64,000 bases of DNA, from NCBI RefSeq assembly GCF_037042905.1, contig NC_087245.1, positions 35,652,001 through 35,716,000 on the forward strand. The letters run 5' to 3'. The stretch comes from Lytechinus pictus (Eukaryota). A model generated the notes under the pieces. The model saw nothing but the letters and a program-made list of their open reading frames with translations, was not told where the DNA came from and ran no database searches. The position numbers and the translations under genes are program-made. Below, in pieces: positions 25,838 through 39,379 of the stretch; positions within the stretch are counted from its first letter, which is position 1; the number at the start of each line of letters is the position of its first letter.

Positions 25838-27599
25838 TATTTATGCTACAGACACGTCGATGAAACCATGCCCACAAACCGATAGATTGCATGTCATATA
25901 ACGTAATAGCTTTTGGTCGGTTTGGAATCGGTTTAGGCGGTCTGACTGTCGCAGATTTCCCACCCCCCGATGGGAAAAGTTATATATTTCAAGTCAATTT
26001 ATTTTTTATCAACTTGATCTGTTTCCTTTCATCTTCATATTTTCTATTCGTGATTTGAATCCCTCTCGTTTGGACATTGTGAATTCCACCGACTCCCAAC
26101 CAATCTTTTTTACTGGACAACTTGGCACAAACATGCTGTAACCATGACGATAGGAAATGAAGGTTATCACTCACAAAGGGGGTCTAAATTAAGTTTTAGG
26201 CATGCTTAAATGAAATGTCAATTTGTAGTATAATGATAAATTGATAGCTACTTACAAACAGTCAAGAACCATTAGACATTTTGTGAAAATTACGACACAA
26301 AAAATTGATCGGAAATGTAAATACATATTAATATGAAACCTTGGCGTTTTCTTTGGAAAATTATGTTTTGTGAGAAAGCCTATGTAAGACTGGGCTTACT
26401 ATAACCTACTTTCACATGCCTAATAACAATGGTTGAAATGAATGGTTTATCACTATTAAAATGGAATACAATTCAGGAATCGTATATAGACTGATGATTG
26501 CCATTACGGGAACAACAACGAAATGACAGTCTTCTTGGTCATCTACATAGAACACTACATATAAAGCCTTATAAGCAAGAGTAATGACTGGATATGGACT
26601 AAAATCTCACATCTCGGGCATATTTTCACAAAGGGATGCGATTGAATCTAATCAAATTCAATTTGAATTCGTTGCATCCTATACGTATCCATCTTAATTT
26701 GAGTTCGATCTCGAATCAATCTCAAATCTTTGAAAGACTGGCCGAGGGTTATCAATCAAGCGAACGATTTAAACCTTACCAGGGAGCTATATATATATAT
26801 ATACATCTTTGTTTAAACCATTAACTTGGTATAGACCTAAATCGTGACCCCTGGATACTTGAAATAAAAAAAAAGTCTTTCACCGCGTTCACAACGCCTC
26901 TGTGACTGAAAACTTGTTACGATAAAACTTGTATGTTTAAAACTACTGAAATAATTCGATTTGATTGTGGCTGTTGGCAAATTTGTTATAGAAATTGTTC
27001 ATTTTTTTAACATGTCTTATAAATGAAATGGGGCCCATGTCATGTAATAACCTTTTGAAAAAAAAGGTACCCGAATAGAGTTGACAAAAATTATACTTAT
27101 TTGGTTATGAAAATGTTTTCACGATCATAATACCTCAGTCACATTTGACCTACGGCGGACGTACTGCTAGTCGAAAACAGCTGTTTGAACATTTTTTGTT
27201 CCGGTTTTATTTAGGTGGTTTGAATAAGAAAAATGAATTAAACGGCTGTTTTGGACTCGCCGTACGGCCACCGTAGGGGAAATGTGGCTGCAGCATAAAC
27301 TATGAACCTTGATTGAATTTATTCTTCTTCATTCCAACAAATTTACAAAGTAAGTATAGGAACAAATCGGAATAAGAATAACAAAAAGGAAAAAAGGAAA
27401 CTCACTGGAAAGCATCGCTTGTTTATGTGAGTGCCCTGAAATAAATAACTGATTAAAATTTATCAAATACAAATAGAAATTAACAATGTTCAATTGAAAA
27501 AAATACTAATGGGGTCAAGCTTCGTAAGTTTATGCACTCTATAAAACTTAATACAATCATTACAACATAATCATACCCTTGGTATACAAGAAAATATAC

Positions 27600-28550
27600 A
27601 AAACAACGATTCAGATAGTGTTCGTGTCTATTCGTGTCTATACACGGTCTATGTCAAAAGCTTTACATTTACTGATATATAGGCCTAATGCAAACTTATT
27701 TGAATACCTAACATAATAGAATACTTTTTAGAAAAATCTAAGTGTTAGAGCATGGGCCCTATACTAAGACAACGATCTACGGTTAGACTAAAGAATGAGA
27801 GTCTCCTTAATATGATAGGAGTAATGTTCTGGTGGCGAAATGGATAGATTGTCCAGTATCGACTATGATTTTTTATTCGGGATTCATGAACCGTAATAAT
27901 TAATAGAATCACAATTCTTTCTATAACTACACTTTCCGATTAAAGATTACCAGAATGTCACAATGCGGTTTCGTCGATTTAGCTAGAACATTAATATATA
28001 GCTATGTATGAGACACCATGCATATGTTACTGACAATATTTGGCTAATATTATTTCAAACATTCAAACAAAACCTGTGTAATTTCATTTACCACTTTGAT
28101 TTCCCAAAAGTTTTGCAAACTTGTTCCAATGGTAGACTCAGGTATATAGGCCTATATAACTTGGCCCATTTTGATAACGCTTAGATTACAAAAGAGTTAC
28201 CATCCAGTAAAAAATCGGTCAATCGTCAGAAAGTGACTATGAATTGAATTAGCATTCAAATATTTCGACAAACTTATCAATCAATCAAAGAAAGTAAAAT
28301 AAAGTGATAATCTTCTTACCTTCTCCGCATTGTCCCTCTATGGATGAAATCCTTGTGAGTAGAAGAAAAACTGCTAGTTGTAAGACACAATGATGAATCT
28401 CTCGAAGGAATTTCGGAAAATGCGTATCCATGGTTTTTATGCATATACACAGCGAGCAAATACAAATTCCAATTACAATATAAAGGACCAGTATAGGCGC
28501 AGCAACGGCACAAATGTGAAAGATTGATAAAATCGAGATTTAAAAGACGA
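27600..28550 (-). pseudogene. Putative fossil LRR gene segment
   Basis: YLNANSIHS, RLTDFLLDGNSF (28225-28190, LRRCT-like), KETLIL*SNR, L*HLDFSK, GLYISKCK. Confidence 0.45.
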
Positions 28551-29433
28551 GAAGCAGGTTTCCCCTAAATCACTTTGTTCCTTTCTGTTTCTGCTTAAAG
28601 TGTTGTCCTTTACCCAATTTCAAAATGAATTTCTAATAATTGTTATTGTGAATGTGTGTGTGTTTCAAAAGAATGGCCCACTCAGGTGAGCAGTGTAATA
28701 GCAATAATATTTCCCCTTTATTCAGACAATAATGATGACTGACACACGCATTATTATGACGTCATTTTGTGGCGAGGTAAATGAGGGAAATAAGGCTAAT
28801 CTCTGTCAGTGAATAATGCGAGCTCCATGGTCATGATTGTTTTATGCTCCGTCGACTGATCAGTGTTTTTGGCACAAAAATTGATTAGTCTGTGAATAGA
28901 GACTCCAATGTTTGACATGTCAGGAAACGAAACGACGATTGGCCGTTGACATGATTGAGGGGGTATATAGTCCCGGGGGTTGATTTTATTTGTAAGCTGC
29001 ATTCCTGGGGGGGGGGTAATCGATTAAACTGAAGCTCTAGTTCTGTTCCGTCATCAATGCGGAATGTAAAACGTGAATGCAACCATTTTTTTGAGGAAAT
29101 GAAATGTTTGTTTTGTGCTTGTTTGTTTTTTCAAGTACAATAAAGTACCAATGAAAGTACAAATTCTGGTGATGAAGCGGCAGCGAGGCCCTGTCGGCTG
29201 CTTTAAGCTTTCCGAGCGAACATTGCGAAGCGCCAGGCCTAATCCGCTTCGCGAATTAGGAAATCCCTCGCTTCGCTCGGGAGGCAGCCGCCAGGGCCTC
29301 GACAAGAGGCTACAGCGAAGCGAATTAGGCCTGTTCGGGGCCTTGTTAGGCCCTGTCGGGTGTCGCCGACACCCGACAAAGGAAATTTCATTGTTGGTGT
29401 CGAAAATCTGTTTATCTGACGGTCAATCGGATC

Positions 29434-29815
29434 GGGGTCGCCCTAGCCACTAACCTGTCTCTGTGGTCTAGTGGGTAAGGCACCGGCGTTCAAAGCTGGA
29501 GGCCCGGCTTCGATTCCCGGCAGAGATATTTTTCGGCATCACCAATTTCTCCAAAGGGCAGATAGCTCTGAGGGCTTTGATCCAGCTGAGGCATGGCGGC
29601 TTGTCATTATTAAAAAACTTTGGAAAAACTGGTGATGCTGAAGAAATGTCCCTTCCGGGTCACCCTAACCACTAACCCGTCTCTGTGTTCTCGTGGTTAA
29701 GGCACCGGCGTTCAAAGCTGCAGGCCCGGGTTCAATTTCCGGCAGAGAGATTTTTTTCGGCATCATGGGTCAATTTTTCCAAAGGGCAGATACATGTAGC
29801 TCTGGGAACCTTGAT
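29434..29815 (+). repeat. Tandem duplication (about 220-bp unit) containing a tRNA-like head
   Basis: gtctctgtg.tct.gtgg.taaggcaccggcgttcaaagctg.aggcccgg.ttc.att.ccggcagaga at about 29457 and 29679. Confidence 0.75.
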
Positions 29816-30986
29816 TTCCTTTTCATTCATTTTTTTTCACAATATTTAGATTTATTCATTCTTGACACATTATAATGAGAATTTGTACATGATGTTTTTT
29901 CTCTCAAAATTTGTTCACTTTCTTTTTTAAAATTTAATCAGAATAATTATGGGGACCGTGCTTTTTTTTTCTCTCTCTCTCTCTCCCCCCCCCCCCCCCC
30001 CCCTCCCCCTCTCTCTCTCACTCTCTCAATTATCACACCTATCTCGTGCAGTCGACCGAGAATAATCATTTGTCATGATTTATTGGGGAATTGTGAAGTT
30101 TTTGTTGATGTTCTGGATCAGTACACTCTTAAGTCAATGAGTAAAATTTTACCCAATATTGGGTAGAGAGGGAACATGCATGTTTGCTGTGTATTTTTTT
30201 GGCGCCATATTGGGCTATAAGTATGTTTTAAGGGTTAATTTTATCGCAACATTGCGTAAAATGTACAAATGTTTGGTATCTTTTTACCCAACGAACATGT
30301 ATGTATGTCCCATTTTACCCACTATTGGGTTAACATTTTTTTACTATCGGGAGCACTCGTGTGCACCCGGTCGGTCGCAAACTGTAGTCATGTTTTTGTC
30401 CCGCATAGATAAGCCCTTCCTGCAGACGATAGAGAGCGCTATTTCTTACATAGTTGAGATGTTTTTTCATTTCATTTCATATATTTTCATCATTCTCACT
30501 GGCATTTGATTCACATAAAAAGCGGCAAAAATAATGCATAGCTATTAAATTACAAACAACTGAGAAGTATACAATAACGTAATAATAACGATACAATCAG
30601 TCGAGTTATAAGGTAAAAGCTTAATTTAAGTCAAAGAAATATTATAGGACCAACATAAAAGCAAGTTTGTAAAAAGTGAAGACCTCGGTAAGATAAGTTG
30701 TGAGTATCGAGGAAGACGGATGAATATATGACCTTAAATATACAGACTAAAATTTTCATTTGAATACAGAAAAACGAAAGAAAATATTTAAAAATATACA
30801 ATTGAAGGGGTCAAGGCAATGCAATGATTCAGGCAACTGACTGAGGATTCGATCCTGAAATTTGAGGAGCGCTTCTTATCTACATTGATCTTTTCTATAA
30901 CACACAATCACACCTCGTACTACCTCCTACTACTACATTTGCTACAGTAAATTTACAAATTAATGAATTGAAGAAAATAGACCTAC

Positions 30987-31253
30987 CCGGAGCCTCTACA
31001 AAGAAAAGGCAAGTAGCAACGTTCCCACAAATATCGCGGGCGAAGAGTGTTACGGGCGTGGATCCTGCAGGGAAAAACGTTCCAGTTAGAGAAAGCGTGA
31101 CATTGTAACTTATCCCACTCGGAACAGGGTTCGCATCTGTGTAAGTATAGGTTGTACCCAGGGCCAGTCCAAAGAATGAATTCACAAAGATGGGGTGTGT
31201 CGTTACGTTCGAACATGTTACCACTGGTGGGTCCGTGTCAACAAGACAGGTAA
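30987..31253 (-). CDS. HYR-domain protein exon 2 (divergent HYR repeat 1)
   Basis: Acceptor ttttcgatgcag, donor G|gtaggt, 267 nt, phase 1-1. VTCLVDTDPPVVTCS...GTFFPAGSTPVTLFARDICGNVATCLFFVEAP matches the HYR pattern D..pP.i.C...G..FP.G.T.VT..A.D..GN...C.F.V. Confidence 0.88.
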
Positions 31254-31367
31254 CTGCATCGAAAATGAATCATTGTGGAAATTAACAAACTCCCGTCCCC
31301 TCTTCTTCGAAGTTATGATAATACATTACTATTATCGGTTTCAATCTCTCCTCATATTTTATACTTT

Positions 31368-32770
31368 TCAATTCAATTCAATTCAATTCTTTTATTTCAT
31401 TTCCATTCAAAACATAATACAAAGTAATATAAAGTAATAAAAATCAAGTACAAGTTTACAGAAGGGCATTCTTACTTCGTAAAACCCCCCAGAAAAAACA
31501 GTATAATATAGAGCATAAATGGAAATGAGGGGGATCCACTAAAAAGCAAAGCTTGTAAAGTGTGGATCCCCCTTGGAAATAAAGAAAGTATAGTAGACTT
31601 ATTCTTATAGGCGTACATATATGTATTACAGGAAAGAAAAAGAGAACAAAAGAAATCATACGGATGCAAATATGATTACTGAACAAATGCAAAGCTTTTC
31701 ACACAAAGAGGTCTTCGTAGTAAAGGATGTGTTGCGCAAGACAGAAGAAAGGAAAGAAAAAAAAACAGAAAGAGAGAGGGGATGACAAGACATAGAAGAC
31801 AAGACAAAACAAAGGACAGGACAGTACAAGACAAGATAACTATTTCATAAAAGGAGGAAAACTAAGAATGGGAAAGGGCTGACCACGAACCAGCTTGATC
31901 TGGTGAAATAACAAAATATGATATAACTGGACAATATCAGATGTAAAAAGATAAAACAATAAAAGTGAAAAATGTAATGATTAAAATCAAGATAATGAAG
32001 TGTTAGTTCCGTTGCGAAGAATTATAGGAATTAAGCAGGATAAGTTTGAGTTTACGTTTGAATGAATTTAAGGAGACACTGTCTTTAATATTATTAGCTA
32101 GTGAGTTCCAGAATTAAGGACTGTTGAATAGGAATGTATTTTTGGCCAGTAAAGTTCTGTAAAGTGGAATGTGAAGTTCGTCAGAGTGTCTCGTGGGGTA
32201 GTTATGATAAAATCGATTTTTAGGGAACATGGCATCAAAAATATTGGGAAGTGCATTATTATTATAACTATACATGAAGTGCCCTAACTGTAGTAAATAC
32301 AGGTCTTTGACTTTCAACAGTTTACTTTCTAGAAAAAGTGGGTCCGTATGAGAACGGAAACATGTACTATAAATAATACGAAGTGCTTTCTTTTGCAAAA
32401 GCAACAATTTATGTAATAAGTATTGATGGGTATCACCCCAAATAAGAATCCCGTAGTTTAAATAAGGCAAGATTAAGGATGAGTAGAGCATGATTAGTGA
32501 TGTGGAGGGAATGCAAAATTTTAGCCTATTAATAATACCTATATTTCGTGAAATTATTTTGGATATATTTTCAATATGATTTTTCCAAGAAAGTTTACTG
32601 TCAACTGTTATACCAAGAAATTTGGTGTAAGATACCATTTGTAATGGGGTATTATCAAACATAATGGTCATCGGTAACTTGTCTATGGAATTACTAAATA
32701 ACATGTATTTTGTTTTGTTAAGGTTCAAAGATAATCGATTGGCTCTTATCCATTCAGTAACATTAATAAG
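31368..32770 (-). mobile_element. 5'-truncated CR1/L2-group LINE (RT C-terminus, 3' UTR, (ATTGA)n tail)
   Basis: WIRANRLSLNLNKTKYM...KFLGITVDSKLSWKNHI...LYSSLILPYLNYGILIWG...LQKKALRII. An in-frame stop precedes FWNSL; tail repeat at 31368-31390. Confidence 0.9.
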
Positions 32771-33491
32771 TTTTATCGTACTAAGTCTACCAACGTAAGA
32801 AATCATATGCGTAGCACAACGCAACAAAATGTATGGTTGTTATATACATTCAAGGGTATACAGTATCAGGCCCTTTTTTAAAGAGGGGGGGGGGCTACAA
32901 AATGTTGACATTATATATTTTTTTCTTTTTTAATGGCAAATATGTCTTTCATTTATATTCATCATCCTATCTTCCTTCTTTATTCCTTTTCTCCTTCTTT
33001 TCTATCCCTTTACCCTACTTGAAAAAAATCACAGAAAGGGGTTGCCCCCTGCAGCACCCCCCCCCCCTATGTGATGTATACATTCATTTGAATATATACT
33101 TACATACATTTGACTGTCCAAAAAGACGCAACAGGCGTTTGCGGCGAAATCTCAGGCGCTGAATATGTTTCACTTCAAAATAGATTTTAAAAGCGTTTTT
33201 TTTATTTTTTTTTTTATAGAATAGCCCGTGACATGAGCTGCCCAGGAAGTACACAGCACTTCCCGTTCCACTGTTCTATGATGAAATATACTGTTTATAC
33301 TGTTTATTCACAACCAAAGTAAACCCACGGGGCGTGGTGACAAAGTACTACAAGGCCATTGTCAATGCCATTCCTCACTCCGCGTTATTGATGCTTTGGA
33401 ACAAAGTTTGGCTTTTAATATGTTTATGGTGCTGATGGCCTTCATTCAAATTTGAAATAAATAAACAAACAAAATATTCAAAAGCCGCTTT

Positions 33492-33644
33492 ATACCTCGG
33501 TAAAATTGCTCATACGGCGAGTCAGAAACAGCCGTTTTATTCATTTTTATTCAAACCACCTATATTTAGCTGGTACAACAAATGTTAAAACAACTGTTTT
33601 CGACTCGCCGTACGGCCGCCGTAGAACAAATGTGACCGAGGTAT
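33492..33644. mobile_element. Short MITE; second copy at about 27131-27296
   Basis: tacctcggt.aaatt..tacggcg / ccgtag..aaatgtgaccgaggta. Confidence 0.7.
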
Positions 33645-33699
33645 TAATAATGGTAATTTGCCTATCTCAATAGGCTCAGGGGTGAGCAGTAATAGGGTA

Positions 33700-36460
33700 G
33701 GACCATCCCGTATGGTTTGTTAATCAATGACAAAAAACCCAACATTTTATATATAAGGGGAAAAAATGAGAAAAGGAACATTGGGAGAAAGGAGATTATA
33801 AAATCTGGGCCTCAATAGAGCGAAAAAGGGCACCGTAAAATCACTCCCCTATAAAAAAAAAAAAAAAAAAAAATCCATGCCCCATTCCTTGGCCAAGACA
33901 TGCATACTGTACTTCGGAATATCTGCATAAATGGGCTTCCTATCGAAAAGTTTTAAAGCTTTGTACTAGGATACTCAAGAATTATGTTGGCGATTTACCA
34001 AATAAATGGGCAAATTAGAAAAAGCAGCATGTCAGAATTGATATCGGCGCCTAATTACGTTATGAATGGTCATTTTTTTGCATGGAGCATTTGGTGCCAA
34101 CAAAATTCTGATCTAATACAATGTCTCTTTAACCGAATTCCTCGAAATTTGAAGAAAAAAAGATGAAGTGTCAAATTTATGTTACAAAATGTTCTTATTG
34201 CAAAGGATTATCACAGGTGCGACTCCCTTTTCTTCGTAACTGGATCGAGAATTAAGAATTGATCTTTGTTTGATTTACTATTAACATTTTTTACATAACA
34301 ACTTAATATTCATAATTGCCCAATATTATGGAATCTTTTCTCTTCTTTAACTTATATTCTCTTTTCCTTATTATTGTTTTTTTTTCTTTTTTGGCTCATT
34401 GTATTTTTATGGTTTGTTTAAGGTAATACAAATTAAGTTTTAGGTGTTACAACCGATCGGGTTTATGTTGTCACATTGTATATTCATTGCGTACATTTGT
34501 CTTGTTATGTGATCTCACACATCGTATTTAAATTTTGTCATTTGGAACATGCGTGAATAAATATACATTTTCCTGTAAAACAGAAACGAGTGAAGAAAAA
34601 TAGCAAACCCGTTTACTTCATGCACGTAAAATAGAAACGGGATTTTTCAAAAAGTGTTTTCCCCATTCTTTCTGCCATTCTTTAGATTTTCCTAAAATTA
34701 TTATATTTTCATTTTTTAAATAAAATTCATTGCTAAAATGACTGTCACACAAGGCTTCCCTTAAGTCACCAATGACTATGTACGATTGCGATCCCTTCTT
34801 TTGTGCTAAATGATATCACATTGTAACTCACATAGCACCGAAGAAGATGCTTCAGTCAGTCTTGCGTAAAGCCGTTCATAACTTTTCGAATATAGCTTTA
34901 TGAAACACTCATCAGGACTATACTGAAAGCTGTGGAAAGTCGTTTTCTCCTTGAACTCAGTTTTTAGATATCAAGCAATCTTTTCTTGATCAACATTTAT
35001 GTAATATCAAGAACAAATATCCTTTATCCGACGAAAGAATCATCGTCAAAATGCAATTCTTGATATTAATAAGTGGGGTTATAAAAAGCGGCCTTACACA
35101 GCTTTACTACGTCGGTATACATTGGCCATGTTGGCTGAAAGGTGCAGGGTTGCGTCTTTCAAAAAGGTCCGATTGATCCGATCAATCGCAACTATGGAAA
35201 GCCAGCAAAGCCAACATATAAAATGCATGTTTGTTCGAAATTTATTCTAGATAACTAATGTATATCCACGAATTTTATTGATTTCTTGACAATTTGGAGT
35301 GTTCTCCTTTGTTTACAAAGGACATTTACAAATTTCCTGTAGATAAAATTACGACACTGATGGATTTCCATAGAGTTACGATTGATTGGATCAATCGTAA
35401 CTCTTTGTAAGACGGTGCCCTGATGTGACATGCAGACCCTTTTTATCATTGAGAGCTATAGTTAAGATCAATTAGTAACCATGGTAACATACCCTGTGAA
35501 TGACATTCCTTGGAATGGAAGGTGATGATCAACACCATAACGATGAATGTAAGTCTTCCTTTAGAACGGTTGCCCGACATGGTGTCAGAATCAGTAAAAA
35601 TTCAAAACTAATCAGAGATTTCGGATTTCTACTAAAAATAAAAAGTGTTTCACTGGCTTCACTCCAATGTTCGTAACTATGTCGATCGGATCAAGGTTTG
35701 TAACAATTCAATCCAAATTAGTATATTTCATTTGTTATCTTTTATATCGCCGCGATTCCAATTTTTCAATTGCGAGGAGCAAATTCGGGGGGAAACAAAT
35801 CTTCAAATCGTGCTTTGAAAAGGTCTTAAATGCTGGCTGGTGCGTAAAATCAATCCGTTCGAAATGTCTTCACTTTCTGCTATCAATCTTGCTTCCGGTT
35901 TGCTTGCGTCGCTCACAATGAGGTACCTCACAGTTATATCTGCTTCAAGTTAATTTGATGTGATCAAAGTGATCTTCAAAAACGCAAATGCAGCATCAAC
36001 ATTTCCACAACATCAATGATTCATTACTGCGGTTGAAACATCAAAACAGTCGGTTGGCAGGAAAACAGACCAAGACAGTCCCGCGAGTCATTCACACATT
36101 TTCAACATTGCAAAGGACATTGAAGAAAGTCCCGGGAAAGTCCCGATGGAGTACCGCCTCAGTGATGGTACGAAATCCAAAACCTTCGTCACCATCAATA
36201 ATTTTGGCCCTTAAAGCTAAAATTGATTTGGTCTATGATTTACAAAATATAAGTTTCAGATTGTTGACTCTCAAAAGTATATTTCCACACTTCTGTATAA
36301 TATTGGCAAACGAAAGACTTGGACGGCCCCGCAAGGGTTGTCTATACAGTCTCTATATGGTCGGTTATAGATTATGATAGGAATTGATTCTGCTTATATA
36401 AATTATTATAAACAAATAATGAAAAATATTTATTGATTGTTTTGATTTCCTGATTTTCGT
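33700..36460 (-). pseudogene. Putative fossil LRR gene segment surrounding HYR exon 1
   Basis: TKVLDF..TFPGLSS, FERIDFTHQP, NPKSLISFEFLLILT/MSGNR (35628-35566), FDDDSFVG*RIFVLDIT (35050-35000), RDIVLDQNFV, HAAFSNLPIYLVNRQHNS (34031-33978). Confidence 0.55.
35493..35580 (-). CDS. HYR-domain secreted protein, coding exon 1 (signal peptide)
   Basis: acaccATG start context. Translates MSGNRSKGRLTFIVMVLIITFHSKECHSQ-G: basic n-region, hydrophobic h-region, small residues at -3/-1. Donor G|gtatgt is phase 1 and compatible with the next exon. Too short for the ORF track. Confidence 0.75.
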
Positions 36461-38769
36461 TACCATGACTGTCATGACTGTGATCCGAAGCATAGCAAGT
36501 GGCATATCACGGCATTGTGGCGCCGTCTGGGGAAAACGATATACCGCCGACATTTCTTCCCGCATGACTCCAAGGGTATATCCTTCGGAAAACGAGGGGG
36601 CGAAGCGACCAAGCGGTGATTAAAACAGATCATGGAATCACACTTTCTTGGAAAACTTATTAATTCTTGAAAGTGATTATTCGTAAGAATTGCTGTTTTG
36701 GGAGAAAAGCGTCACTGAATAAAGAAGTTAATGATCTATTTTCTTTATAGTAATATGTTCAATATTCATAAGGGTCGGTTTTTATTATAGATTAAGATAG
36801 GGTTTATTCATTCTGGCCAAAAGGGTTGCTGTTCAGAATCAGAAAAAGATGTATATGTTATCAGATATTTCTTTATGAATAATCAATAAAGAGTACTAAA
36901 AAATGTATATCTATATGGATTAAACCGAACTCATCAATAAACTCATTAGACGAGAATTCCATATCACAATAGAGGCTTTAGTACAATGCCTTATAGTAGA
37001 GTAGTCACATCCCCTATTTTCAAATTATGAAAAGCGGACCTTATGAATATTGATCCCTTTTCACTTCAAGCCAGCAGACCTTGGGGTAAATGACTAACAT
37101 CGTATATATTGAAATAACGGACATGCCCTAAATCACTGTCGGGACCCGACGCCAGTGTTTGTTGTTTGTGATATAGCGCCACCTTGCGGTGGAGATACAA
37201 CCGTACGATTGAAATTCGGCCCCTACCGACGCCTCGGTTCAAGTCAAGCTGTCATAAACTACAGGGGCCACAGAAGCGGGGGGGGGGGGGGGGAGTCTTC
37301 AGCCCCACTTTTTCCCCAAAACCGTGTACAAAAAACGAAAAAATTACCATAATTATGTTTGTGATTCTTTGCATGGTCAGCTCCCCACTGAAAACCGTTC
37401 CGCGGCCCCCTGAACTAAGGTACAAATTATTATGTAACTATTGTGAGTGAAGTGTCATTCCTTTATTATCATAAGATCGATATTAGATCTTCCCATGTTC
37501 GCTCACAATCATCATTGATCTATTTGTAATAGGTCCATGCTCAGATTAGAAACTATAGAATTCAATTCACAACCTATCCCATTCACTTAATACAATTTCT
37601 TGTCAATTTCTTAACCCTTAGTTAGGAATGTGTATAAATAAGACCCCTGAAACGAAAAATTCATAAAAGGAAGCAAGTGACAGATATTTTTTTTTGGAAA
37701 TTGGACGTACAAAGTCTCTAGTTATTATATATCTCCTGAATTTAGAGGGCGCATACCTTCAAAACTTACGGTAAGGCATACGAGATAATAATATTTTACC
37801 CTTGGTGAATTTTGTTACATAATTTCGCCTCACTCGGGAAGATGGGGTATATAATGGGGGGCATTCGGGGTAGATAAAACTTCATATGCCTGATGACAAA
37901 ATGTCAAAATTAACTTTTCTAAATTCCGACCACCGTACCTTTGTCAAAAATATAGGAAATTCAGCGAGATTGTTCTGAGATTCTGAAACCATGGGGCCGG
38001 GGGGGGGGGGGCAACGAGCAGCAAGTGGTAGAAATGTGTGGCAGTTAATAACATAATCATCATCGATATTGGCCATGCACTAATCCTTCGGGTGCAAAAA
38101 TACGAAAGTCCTACCACCCTATTTTCATTGTCTGTATCTAAGTTTCCCTGAGCCCTCACGTGTTTAGGACATCCTCTTGAGAATTTTGGGGCAATTTTCT
38201 CCTCTGCCCCCGTACGCCACTGTGCATGAGAGAAACAAAAAGATGGTCAACTTGTGTCATAGATATTTGGCGTGGCAATTAGTTTGATTAGCAGGTTAGA
38301 AACTTGATTTGTCATGTTTAATTAATTAAGTTCTTGGAGCATGAACGACCACAGCAAGTGATGCAACCATGGTAACCTTGGATGTATTCATGCAAAACCA
38401 CCTTTTCTTGTGATATTTCTTTCTTGTTATATGCACAATATCTTCAAGGGGAATTGTATTCATAGTGAAAATCAAACTTAAAAGTGGTCATGGTGGTCGG
38501 CTTTTATAGTAAATCGGTTAATATTTTGTCATGGTATTGTGACACACGTGAATTGAAGTCAACGGCTATATTTTGGTGTGTGTCTGTTAAATAAAGTTCG
38601 GGGCCGGAATGTTGGCTCTTGCGAAATTTGGTTAATTAGTTTGAATACACTGTAAAAAAAATAGCTAGTAAATTTGACTAAAAATGACTTGCTGAATAGG
38701 TCAACGGTAAATTGAAATTAGTTTAGGGACAAACCATCGGAATAAATGACAATTAAGCTGAATAGTTAA

Positions 38770-39023
38770 GCCGGGCGTGGTGGCTCAGTGGTAAAGCGTC
38801 CGGCCGTCTCATGAACGGGAGGTCGTGGGTTCGATCCCTGGCCGAGTCATACCAAAGACTTACAAATATGGGACTTTCTGCCTTCTTGCTATATAGGCGC
38901 TCAGCATTTAGATTGGAGAAGGGTAATAAAAACATATTTTATTATGCAGGGCCCGCTGAAAGAGCAGTTTTCTAACTGAAGTGGCTACCCTGGGTAAATA
39001 AAACGTTATTATTATTATTATTA
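38770..39023 (+). mobile_element. tRNA-derived SINE
   Basis: A box tggctcagtgg, B box ggttcgatccc, non-tRNA body, aataaa and (tta)n tail. Confidence 0.85.
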
Positions 39024-39257
39024 TAAGTCAACGGAATTTGTTGAATTGAATTACTAAGAATGGAGTTTATCGGAATGATTGACTTGCTGAATAGGTCAAC
39101 GGTAATTTTAAATTAGTACAGGGACAAACCATAGTAAGTCAAAATATATTACCAAGCCAATTGGTCAATTTGATTAATGTTATCTAAGTGAATGACTAAC
39201 TGAATAAGTCGTTGGAAAACTTAAATTAGTAAAGGTACAAACTACAAATATAGTTAA

Positions 39258-39379
39258 CGAATAAATAAATGGATAAATAGATAAATAAATACATGAATAA
39301 ATGAATAAATAAATAAATAAATGAATAAATAAATGAATAAATAAATGAATAAATGAATAAATAAATAAATAAATAAATA
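39258..39379. repeat. (AAAT/GAAT)n microsatellite
   Basis: Seen directly. Confidence 0.9.
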
